Shown: positions 1 to 9,491, counted from the stretch's first letter. The stretch is 24,246 nt of DNA from Octopus sinensis (GCF_006345805.1 NW_021836412.1:1-24246); one strand, 5' to 3'. Numbers and translations are program-made. Notes: generated by a model from the sequence alone, not told the origin.

Positions 1-422
1 CAAAAGTGCACAGTCGTTGTGGGAGTGCGTAGGTGGTGGTGATGGTAATCTTAGTTCTAGGAGTAGCCATGAAAGTGGTGAAACATAAGTGGTGGTGGTG
101 GTGGTGGTGGTGTAAGTGGTGTAAGTGGTTGTTGCTGAAGAGGGAACGGAACTAGGAACTGCTGTTACTTGACCCGAATACTTCACTGTATTGCCCATTT
201 CCTGGCACGGATGGTGGTGGAGGTGTTTATGTCCATTGTGGTGGAGGAGCAGAAGTTAATGGTGGCAGACATCATTTAACACCAAGAGATCACACTTTAT
301 CCAAATACATTATTACACATACAAATCTCTCTCCATCTATTTATCTGTCTATCTGTAAGTGTATTTATATCTATATCTGTCTATCTTATCTATATGTGTG
401 TGTATATATATATATATATATA

Positions 423-763
423 CAGCACCGCATCAACTGGCCTCCGTGCTGGTGGCACGTAACAAACACCATCCGATCGTGGCTGTGCCAGCCTCGCCTG
501 GCCTCCGTGCCGGTAGCACGTAAAAGGCACCATCCGAGCATGGCTGTTCACCAGCCTCGCCCCTGGCACCTGTGTCGGTGGCACATAAAAAGCACCCACT
601 ACACTCACGGAGTGGTTTGCATTAGGAAGGGCATCCAGCCAGAGAAACATTGCCAGATATGACTGGCCTGGTGCAGCCTTCTAGCTTCCCAGACCCCAGT
701 TGAAGTGTCCAACCCATGCTAGCATGGAAAGCGGATGCTAAACGATGATGATGATGATGATGA
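423..763 (+). mobile_element. RTE-tail-type retroelement 3' end (family C) with internal 61-65 bp tandem units and (GAT)n tail
   Basis: Carries the block actacactc-cggagtg-ttggcgttaggaagggca shared with 3558-3719 (minus) and 23630-23987. Ends ccaacccatgctagcatggaaagcggatgctaaac followed by (GAT)n at 744-763. Three units start ctggc at 437, 498 and 563. Confidence 0.75.
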
Positions 764-765
764 GA

Positions 766-805
<40 letters not shown>

Positions 806-810
<5 letters not shown>

Positions 811-963
811 CATGACCAACCAGGCTATCAGATGTTGCTACACATCGCTGGTCACAATGCGATTTGCATTGTTTTAGCCTTCGAATGACGCCACCCCGCT
901 GTCTAAGCGAGCAGGCCAACAGAAGAAAGAGTGAGAGAAAGATGTGGCGAAAGAGTACAGCAG
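806..963 (-). mobile_element. 3' half of a SINE related to family D
   Basis: Reverse complement ctgctgtactctttcgccacatctttctctcactcttt matches ctgctgactctttcgccacaacattctctcactcttt inside the tRNA-headed element at 10083-10369. No head is present here. Confidence 0.65.
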
Positions 964-966
964 TCC

Positions 967-1432
967 ATGGTGTTTGGAGTGATTACTAGTGATGGCAACA
1001 TTGTGCCTCCATTCATCTTCCTCCACAGCCTCAGACTCAACCTGGAGGCCTACACCAAGTGCCTGGAGGAGGTAGTACTGCTGTGGGTCAAGAGGGTGAC
1101 TGTTGAAAGACCCTATGTCTGGCAACAGGACCCTGCACCATGCCACACAAGCAGGAGAACCCAGTCATGGCTGTCAGAGAATTTCTGCAACCACATCACC
1201 CCTAGTATCAAGCCACCCAACTCCCCAGACTGCAACCCCCTTGATTACTATGTGTGGGGTGCAGTTGACTGAGAGATCAACGAAACCCCTTGTCACACCA
1301 AAGATGAACTGAAGGAAAGGGTTATGGCAGCATTCACCAACTGAAACCAGGAGACCGTCCAGAAGAGTTGCAGGAGATTCCAAAGTCGTCTGGGAGGCCG
1401 TGGTTGGAGCCAATGGAGATTTTAGTGAATAA
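967..1432 (+). pseudogene. Tc1/mariner transposase C-terminal catalytic half, DD37D (maT) type, decayed
   Basis: Translation MVFGVITSDG...YVWQQDPAPCHTSRRTQSWLSENFCNHITPSIKPPNSPDCNPLDYYVWGAVD*EINETPCHTKDELKERVMAAFTN*NQETVQKSCRRFQSRL(fs)EAVVGANGDFSE*. There are 37 residues between the QQD Asp and the PLD Asp, two in-frame stops and one frameshift. Confidence 0.9.
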
Positions 1433-1435
1433 ATT

Positions 1436-1842
1436 TACTCTCTTTCTCTTTTTTTCTCTTTTACTTGTTTCAGTCATTTGACTGCGGCCATGCTGGAGCA
1501 CCACCTTTAATCGAGCAACTCGACCCCGGGACTTATTCTTTGTAAGCCCAGTACTTATTCTATCGGTTCTCTTTTGCCGAACCGCTAAGTGACGGGGACA
1601 TAAACACACCAGCATCGGTTGTCAAGCAATGCTAGGGGGACAAACACAGACACACACATATATATATATTCATATATACGACGGGCTTCTTTCAGTTTCC
1701 GTCTACCAAATCCACTCACAAGGCTTTGGTCGGCCCGGGGCTATAGTAGAGGACACTTGCCCAAGGTGCCACGCAGTGGGACTGAACCCGGAACCATGTG
1801 GTTGGTTAGCAAGCTACTTACCACACAGCCACTCCTGCGCCT
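1436..1842 (-). mobile_element. tRNA-derived CORE-type SINE (family A), full length, directly after the mariner stop codon
   Basis: Minus-strand head aggcgcaggagtggctgtgtgg (A box), gggttcagtccc (B box), then ttgggcaagtgtc (CORE-like). Internal (CA)(TA) tract and aagag-rich tail. Collinear with the copies at 4261, 5079 and 5772. Confidence 0.92.
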
Positions 1843-2104
1843 GTTTTAGTATTTCAAGATATTTTTATGCAATTTTGGTAAATATATCTCTTAAAATGAG
1901 ATGTTAGTGTTATTTTCATATTTACGCAATTTTGACACACACACACACACACACCACACACACATATATATATTCACACACCTCGTGACGCACAGACAGA
2001 ACAAGGTTAACAAGAGAGATGAAAGCGTCACCGCCCCCCCCTCTCTTGTACAAGCTCATGATCAAACAATGTATGTTTATATGCTGGCATTCCAAAGATG
2101 CATG

Positions 2105-2108
2105 TGTA

Positions 2109-2148
<40 letters not shown>

Positions 2149-2215
2149 GTGTGTGTTGTAAAAGTACATATTTATATATGCACATACAGATACATGAATG
2201 TACATCTTATATATA

Positions 2216-2246
<31 letters not shown>

Positions 2247-2660
2247 GTGCGTGCGTGTGTGTGTGTTCAGGCATATATGTGTATATATACATGTACAAGC
2301 ATATACAAGCATACACACACATATACAAGTGTTTATATATATATGTGTGTGTGTGTGTGTATAAACACTTGCATATATGTGTGTATGCTTGTACATGTAT
2401 ATATATATACATATATGCCTGTACACACACACACACATATATATATATACACACACACACATATATGCTTGTATATATAAGTGTGTACATGTGTCTATCT
2501 ATACATATACACACACACATATATATGTAAACATACATATACACACACACATATACACACACACATATATATGCTTGTATATGTGTGTGTACATGTGTGT
2601 ATCTATACATATACACACACATATATATGTACATATACAAACACACACACACACATATAT
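2105..2660. repeat. Compound (GT)/(TA)/(CA) microsatellite field with a repeated 90-105 bp unit and an internal inverted repeat
   Basis: Unit atatatgcttgtat...gtacatgtgt-tatctatacatatacacac recurs at about 2461, 2570 and 2821. Inverted arms span 2268-2421. Confidence 0.85.
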
Positions 2661-2661
2661 A

Positions 2662-2793
2662 TATTTCTTTACTGCCCACAAGGGGCTAAACACAGAGGGG
2701 ATAAACAAGGACAGACAAAGGGATTAAGTCGATTATATCGACCCCAGAGCGTAACTGGTACTTTATTTATCGACCCCGAAAGGATGAAAGGCA
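2662..2793 (-). mobile_element. 3' half of tRNA-SINE family B
   Basis: tatttctttactgcccacaaggggctaaacacagagggg...atcgaccccgaaaggatgaaaggca is the reverse complement of the body and tail of the copies at 9803 and 21885. Confidence 0.9.
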
Positions 2794-3087
2794 CACACAT
2801 ATATATATACACACACACATATATATATGCTTGTATATGTGTGTGTACATGTGTGTATCTATACAAACACACACACACACACATATACACATACATACAT
2901 ACATACCAACATATAGATAAACAGATATCTAGATATATATACACTAAAAAGATGTTCTACTTTTCCATAATTACAAACTTGTTCTAAAAACACATCCAGA
3001 AGAGGAAGAGTGTGAGGACAGCATTCCACACGCAAGCCCTCTCTTTCCTTTTTCTCTCCCTCTCTCCCTTCCTCCAACTACTCCGTC

Positions 3088-3118
<31 letters not shown>

Positions 3119-3293
3119 AGACTTCATTGTCCATTCATCAACCACCCAGCCCCCCACCTCCTCCTCCCCCATCATATATCTCTGTCCAGAAATAAGAAGG
3201 TCTTTAATCAAGACAGGAGTAGGTGTGGAACCGTTGCAGATCAATGAGGCCCTTTGTTTTCAGGTATAACACTGTGTCTGCCTCTGCCCCTGC

Positions 3294-3294
<1 letters not shown>

Positions 3295-3328
<34 letters not shown>

Positions 3329-3510
3329 TGTGTATGTGTGTATGTGTGTGAGACTGAGTGTGTATGTGTGAGTGTGTATGTGTGTGTATGTATGTGTGTG
3401 TATGTGTGAGTGTGTATGTGAGTGTGTATGTGTGTGTGTATGTATGTATGTGTGTGTGTATGTGAGTGTGTATGTGTGTGAGACTGTGTGTGTGTATGTA
3501 TGAGTGTGTA

Positions 3511-3541
<31 letters not shown>

Positions 3542-3557
3542 GTGTGTATGTGTGTGT
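3295..3557. repeat. Degenerate (GT)n/(GTAT)n microsatellite, resuming at about 3721-3830
   Basis: Read directly from the sequence. Interrupted by the family C element at 3558-3719. Confidence 0.95.
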
Positions 3558-3719
3558 ATCATCATCATCGTTTAACGTCCGTTCTCCATGCTAGCAAGGG
3601 TTGGACGGTTCGACCGGGGATCTGGGAAGCCAGAAGGCTGCACCAGGCTCCAGTCTCATCTGGCATGTTTCTACAGCTGGATGCCCTTCCTAACGCCAAC
3701 CACTCCGTGAGTGTAGTGG
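3558..3719 (-). mobile_element. Family C (RTE-tail-type) element 3' end
   Basis: (ATC)n tail followed by gtttaacgtccgttctccatgctagc...ggatgcccttcctaacgccaaccactccgtgagtgtagtgg, the reverse complement of about 598-760. Confidence 0.85.
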
Positions 3720-4207
3720 CTGAGACTATGTGTGTGTCTGTGTATGTGTGTATGTGTGTGTGTGTGGTGTGTGTGTGTGTGTGTGAGACTATGTGTGCCT
3801 GTATATACATACATATCTACATACATATAGGTATGTATATATCTGAAGCCTACATTTTTCTTACATACATCTGTATTGACTTTCCTCATTGTTAATGTAA
3901 TTCTACGCCAAATAAATTGCACTTCATATTAAGGGCTCTGATGAAGCAATAGGTCTTACTCAGGCACTCAACTATGAGTCCACTGTGCCTTATAGCAGAA
4001 ACAGATGCAAGCTATCATTGCATTTACCTTTACCATTGTCTATCATTGCCTTTACCTATAACTCATGAACATAATATACTTGCACACGTATGCCCATGGT
4101 TATACAAAGGTAATATACCGGTAATATAATGGATATTTCTATCCCTTAGACAGCTATTTTAACCACTAACTCAACTAACCTATATATACATATAAATAAA
4201 TAAATAA

Positions 4208-4243
<36 letters not shown>

Positions 4244-4260
4244 ATGTGTATGTGTGTGTA

Positions 4261-4643
4261 TACTCTCTTTTACTTGTTTCAGTCATTTGACTGCGGCCAT
4301 GCTGGAGCACCGCCTTTAGTCGAGCAAATCGACCCCGGGACTTATTCTTTTGTAAGACCAGTACTTATTCTATCGGTCTCTTTTGCCGAACCGCTAAGTA
4401 ACGGGGATGTAAACACACCAGCATCGGTTGTCAAGCAATGCTAGGGGGACAAACACAGACACACAAACACACACACATACATATATACGACGGGCTTCTT
4501 TCAGTTTCCGTCTACCAAATCCACTCACAAGGCATTGGTCGGCCCGGGGCTATAGCAGAAGATACTTCCCAAGATGCCACGCAGTGGGACTGAACCCGGA
4601 ACCATGTGGTTGTTTAGCAAGCTACTTACCCACTCCTGCGCCT
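4261..4643 (-). mobile_element. tRNA-derived SINE family A, full length
   Basis: Collinear with 1436-1842. Small deletion in the head (cttacc|cactcctgcgcc). Confidence 0.92.
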
Positions 4644-4669
4644 ATATATATAAATATATACATATATAC

Positions 4670-5078
4670 ATACCAGAGTAAGCACATAAATGCGAAACAT
4701 GGTGGAAAAAATAGTACTCAAATACCTATTTCTTTACTACCCACAAGGGGCCAAACAGAGAGAGGACAAGCAAGGACAGACATAGGTATTAAGTCGATTA
4801 TATCGACCCCAGTGCATAACTGGTACTTATTTAATCGAACCTGAATGGATGAAAGGCAAAGTCAACCTCGGCGGAATTTGAACTCAGAACGTAGCGGCAG
4901 ACAAAATACCGCTAAGTATTTCGCCCGGTGTGCTAACGTTTCTGCCAGCTCGCCGCCTTAAAAGTACTCAAATACCAGAGGTAGAGTAATATGCTTTATT
5001 AAAAAGCAGCAAAAATATCACAAAAACTGTTCCTCAGTGTTTCACGTTCCCATTCTTCAAGCAGTTTTGTTTGTAATT
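4670..5078 (-). mobile_element. Short interspersed repeat with a decayed minimal hammerhead fold (possible Penelope-like terminal repeat), split by a SINE
   Basis: With the SINE (4727-4957) and one TSD copy removed, it aligns to 6203-6337 (agtactc-aatacc-gagg-agagtaatatgctt...aaaaatatcacaaaaactg). The hammerhead-like fold is at 5023-5068 on the minus strand. Confidence 0.6.
4727..4957 (-). mobile_element. tRNA-derived SINE family B, full length, with 14-bp target site duplication
   Basis: Minus-strand head ggcggcgagctggcagaaacg (A box), gagttcaaattcc (B box), body ctttgcctttcatccattcagg, tail gtagtaaagaaata. TSD agtactcaaatacc at 4713-4726 and 4963-4976. Confidence 0.93.
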
Positions 5079-5236
5079 AGGAGTGGCTGTGTGGTAAGTA
5101 GCTTGCTAACCAACCACATGGTTCCGGGTTCAGTCCCACTGCGTGGCATCTTGGGCAAGTGTCTTCTGCTATAGCCCTGGGCCGACCAAAGCCTTGTGAG
5201 TGGATTTTGTAGACGGTATATGAAAGAAGCCTGTCG

Positions 5237-5277
<41 letters not shown>

Positions 5278-5573
5278 GTGAGTGGATTTGGTAGACGGAA
5301 ACTGAAAGAAGCCCGTCGTATATATGTATATATATATATGTGCGTGTATGTTTGTTTGTCTGTGTTTGTCCCCCTAGCATTGCTTGACAACCGATGCTGG
5401 TGTGTTTACGTCCCCGTCACTTAGCGGTTTGGCAAAAGAGACCGATAGAATAAGTACTGGGCTTACAAAAAGAATAAGTCCCGGGGTCGATTTGCTCGAC
5501 TAAAGGCGGTTCTCCAGCATGGCCGCAGTCAAATGACTGAAACAAGTAAAAGAGTAAAGAGTAAAGAGTAAAG
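5079..5573 (+). mobile_element. tRNA-derived SINE family A with an internal duplication of about 45 bp
   Basis: Head aggagtggctgtgtggtaagtagc, B box gggttcagtccc, tail gaaacaagtaaaagagtaaagagtaaagagta. The segment gtgagtggattt-gtagacgg...gaaagaagcc-gtcg occurs at about 5196-5237 and 5278-5319, separated by (TA)n. Confidence 0.93.
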
Positions 5574-5771
5574 GTGTTTGACATCTTCCCATCTTCTACG
5601 TTATCATCTTATTGATATATACCATTGCCATTTTCCATATTTCTTCCCCAATTTATCTCTGTTGACAGAATACCCCAATTCTCTGGGATATCCCAGAAGC
5701 AGCTGAAAGATTTTGAATTTCTTCCTGTATTGTATATGAGAGAGAGAGAGAGAGAGAGAGATAGGTTTATA

Positions 5772-6186
5772 TACTCTCTTTTTTACTTGTTTCAGTCATT
5801 TGACTGCGGCCATGCTGGAGCACCGCCTTTAGTCGAGCAAATCGACCCCGGGACTTATTCTTTTGTAAGCCCAGTACTTATTCTGTCGGTCTATTTTGCC
5901 GAACCGCTAAGTAACGGGGACGTAAACACACCAGCATCGGTTGTCAAGCAATGCTAGGAGGACAGACACAGACACACAAACATACACACACGCACACACA
6001 CACACATATATATACATATACACGACGGGCTTCTTTCAGTTTCCGTCTACCAAATCCACTCACAAGGCTTTGGTCTGCCCGAGGCTATAGTAGAAGACAC
6101 TTGTCCAAGGTGCCACATAATGGGACTGAACCCAGAACCATTTGGTTGGTTAGGAAGCTACTTACCACACAGCCACTCCTGCGCCT
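5772..6186 (-). mobile_element. tRNA-derived SINE family A, full length
   Basis: Collinear with 1436-1842 and 4261-4643. Confidence 0.92.
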
Positions 6187-6202
6187 ACATATATATATAT
6201 AT

Positions 6203-6337
6203 TAAGCACAAGGTGGGACAAAATAGTACTCGAATACCGGAGGCAGAGTAATATGCTTCATTATTATTAAAGCTACCCAAAAATATCACAAAAAACTGCT
6301 ACTCAGAGTTTCACGTTTCCTTTTGTTGGACAGTTGT
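6203..6337 (-). mobile_element. Second copy of the hammerhead-fold repeat, without the SINE insertion
   Basis: Aligns to 4670-4726 joined to 4977-5070. The hammerhead-like fold is at 6294-6335 on the minus strand. Confidence 0.6.
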
Positions 6338-6386
6338 GATCAAGAATGGAATAAAACTTCTATATATATATATATATATATATATA

Positions 6387-6467
6387 CTAGCTGAAGGTGA
6401 CCCGCTCTATGCGTGGGTAAGAGTGTGGTATATATATATATATAAATGTATACAAATCATATATATA

Positions 6468-6532
<65 letters not shown>

Positions 6533-7758
6533 CAGATATATACACTTTGTATATATACACTTATATATACATATTTATATATAGATACACACACACACAT
6601 ATATATAAATTAATTTCATTTTGAGGCCTCTGCTAATGTCCTGTGTAAGTGGTTGTCATTGAGAAGTAGTCTGCGCCTCAAACATGCTTCCCTGTAAGTG
6701 GCGCAGATGATACCATCAACCGTGCGAAGATCAGCAAGACTTCGGTCCCGTAACTACATGAAGTAGCATTCTAAAAAAGAAGATTTTCTGTTTGGTAGGA
6801 TGAATATTATACACACGCCCAATGACGTTCTTCCTAGAAACACCAGGCCAATTGTCAAGTTCTGTTCCATGTGACTTGCGCTTCCAATTATTGTTGTTGT
6901 ATGTGTAATATTCCGGTACTTCAGGGTAAATGAGAGTAGCAGCAAACTCATCAACTGAACACAATTTAAAAAATGCTGTAAGCGTAGTCCCTTTTGGATT
7001 TTCAATGACTTGACGTGCATTTTTCTCTGTGAAGTAAACCAGCTGTCTCTTCTGTAAATGAACATTCAGGTGGGAAACTGATGGTGAGCTGAGATGAATC
7101 TCGTATCCAAAAATGCGCCACGCTGCATAATTGGAGCATACATACCTACCGAAAATGAATTGTTTAATTTCGTCATGTCTAAGGTCTTCATCACTGAACA
7201 CAAACACGGCCATATCATCGCAGAGGTATCGTATGCATCTCACCGAACTGCAGTACTCAACATTAATGTGTGCATTAAATGTTTTGGAAAGCAAAGGGTT
7301 GAATGGAACAAACCAGGCATTATCAACATCGAATGTTATTAACCTTTGTCTAACTCTAGCTGTGCGGCCACCCAAACCTGTGTGGTGGTGGTGGCGATGA
7401 TAATTGTCTATATGAATGCAGACAGACGTGTAGAGAGAGAGAGTGTGAAAGCGCTGTAGAACGCTGGTTGACGAATCGACGTTATATATAGAAAGTGATG
7501 GGGAGGGAGGAAATAGAGTGAGTGAGGAAGACAGATACATAAAAGACTGAGAGTGGACTTGTCAAAGTGGGTTTTTGGCCCTAGCAACGACACCTTTTAA
7601 GATAGGGATTTCTAACGTAGCCCACGGGCATCATCACCTCATTTTACATGTCCCTGTAAATTTTGGAGTCAATCCGACGGGATGTAGTGGCCTTGAAAGT
7701 GATCCAAACGGTCGAGTCAAACAAACAAACAAACGCATTTCAGTTTTAGATATAGAGA
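6387..7758 (-). mobile_element. Internally deleted non-autonomous Helitron with both termini
   Basis: Minus-strand 5' end A|TCTCTATATCTAAAACTGAAATG at 7758. 3' end has an imperfect hairpin at 6400-6418 (acccgc tctat gcgtgggt on plus), a 9-nt spacer, then CTAG|T at 6390-6387. No TSD, (TA)-rich flanks, and an internal RepHel fragment in the same orientation. Confidence 0.85.
6616..7378 (-). pseudogene. Helitron RepHel fragment (end of HUH Rep domain plus Rep-helicase linker)
   Basis: DNAWFVPFNPLLSKTFNAHINVEYCSSVRCIRYLC|DDMAVF...DEIKQFIFGRYVCSNYAAWRIFGYEIH...TTLTAFFKLC...IGRVYNIHP...FFFRMLLHVVTGPKS. After a frameshift near 6735 it continues [39 protein letters not shown]. These match recalled Helitron RepHel motifs. 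The first ~55 aa of the listed 6731..7540 ORF are not homologous. Confidence 0.92.
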
Positions 7759-7759
7759 T

Positions 7760-7924
7760 ATAATGGGCTTCTTTCAGTTTCCATCTACCAAATCCACTCA
7801 CAAGGCTTTGGTTGGCCAGAGGCTATAGTAGAAGGCACTTGCCCAAGGTGCCAAGCAGTGGGACTGAACCCAGAACCATGTGGTTGGTAAGCAAGCTTCT
7901 TACCACTGAGCCACTCTGGCGCCT
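7760..7924 (-). mobile_element. 5' half (tRNA head plus CORE-like region) of SINE family A
   Basis: gggcttctttcagtttcc...cttgcccaaggtgcc...gggactgaacccagaaccatgtggttgg...gccactctggcgcct. Abuts the Helitron 5' end. Confidence 0.85.
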
Positions 7925-8049
7925 AAGTCCACAGTTTGTGTTTCATGGCCAAACAATTATGTTAATTATCTTTAATTTGTTTATCTGCCTAATTGTCAGC
8001 AATAACAGTGGGAACCTCATTATAACTAGCAACAACAACAACAATGCTG

Positions 8050-8460
8050 GGAAGAAGAAGTACACCACCACCACCACCACCACCGCTACCACCACCACCA
8101 ATACCACTTCCATTACCATCACCACCACCACCAGTACCACCACTATCAAAACCACCAACACCAACACTACTACCATCACTACCACCACCACCACTTCCAC
8201 CACCACCACCACCATCACCACCACCACCATCAACACTACTACCACCATCACCACTTCCACTACCATCAGTACCACCACCACCACCACCACCATCACTACC
8301 ACCACCAACACTACTACCATCACCACCACCATCACTATGAACATCCCCATCACCACTTCCACTACCATCACAGTCACCCCCAACACCAATACCATCACCA
8401 CCACCACCACCATCAACAGCAATTTGTACTACCTGCACCACCACCACCACCTCTTCACTA
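8050..8460. repeat. Degenerate (ACC/ACT/ATC)n trinucleotide tract
   Basis: Read directly from the sequence. It produces the poly-Thr/Pro/His and poly-Val/Gly ORFs. Confidence 0.9.
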
Positions 8461-8809
8461 GCAACAAGAGTACCACAATTACTACCATTATGTCTCCACG
8501 TCTCCACCCCCCACCCCCCCGCCGCCTCCACCGCTGACCTAAACTGGTGGAATGGGGCCAAACCTCAGAAGAAGAAGAAGAAGAAGGGATTGTCAGAGAG
8601 GGAAAAGTAAAAAATTCCTTTCGCCCCACCTTTATTTACAAAGCACTGAGGGAATTGAAGGCATAACCCCCTAACATCCGACCCCCTTCCATGACCCTCC
8701 CTCCCGACCACTACCCACATTCCACCACCACCTGCACTCGGCACTGACTCCGACTCACCCCCCCCCGTTTTTTTCTTCTTTTTCTTCTTCTTGAGATCCC
8801 TACCTCTAA

Positions 8810-9420
8810 TGCCACCACCACCACCACCATGATGAGCATTGTCATCATCATCATCATCGTCGTCATCATCACTACCACCACCACTATCTCCACAATCACT
8901 GCCACTAACACCACCACCACAGCCACTACCACCATCACTACCACCACCACCACTATTACCACCACCACTACCTCCATCACCACCACCATCACCACTATTA
9001 CCACCACTACTACCTCCATCACTACCACCACCACTACCACCACTACCACCATCACTACCACCACCACCACTACCACCATCACTACCACCACCACCACTAT
9101 TACCACCACCACTACCTCCATCACTACCACCACCACTACCACCATCACTACCACCACCACTACCTCCATCACTAACACCACCACCACAGCCACTACCACC
9201 ATCACTACAACCACCACAACTACTACTACTACCACCACAGCCACTACCACCATCACTACCACCACCACCACTACCTCCATCACTACCACCACCACCATCT
9301 CCACAATCACTGCCACTACCACCACTACCACCACCACCACTTTCCCTCCAAACTACCATCACCGCCATCACCACTATTTCCACAACCGCCTACCATCACC
9401 ATCACCACCAACAACAACAC
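8810..9420. repeat. Degenerate (ACC/ACT/ATC)n tract with internal block duplications
   Basis: atctccacaatcactgccacta at about 8886 and 9297. actaacaccaccaccacagccactaccaccatcactac at about 8905 and 9171. Confidence 0.9.
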
Positions 9421-9491
9421 CACTACCAAAACTATTTCAGATTATTGTTCCTCCCCCCCCCCCAACCACCAGCCTGGAAAGAAGAAGACAA

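Noticed and set aside
1-198. Minus-strand open frame running off the window (MGNTVKYSGQVTAVPSSVPSSATTTYTT...)
   Set aside because: Mostly produced by a GGT/ACC low-complexity tract; no recognisable domain or splice support.
2019-3922. Many Cys/Val/Tyr/His/Thr-rich ORFs
   Set aside because: Translations of (GT)/(TA)/(CA) microsatellites.
3938-3944. CTGATGA suggesting a hammerhead core or C/D snoRNA box
   Set aside because: No helix II followed by GAAA at a suitable distance, and no terminal stem with a D box. The ctgacga at 21410 fails the same way.
4261-6340. Segmental duplication of the module SINE A + (TA)n + hammerhead repeat
   Set aside because: The two hammerhead repeats appear much more diverged than the two SINEs and the outer flanks do not align, so independent insertions are more likely.
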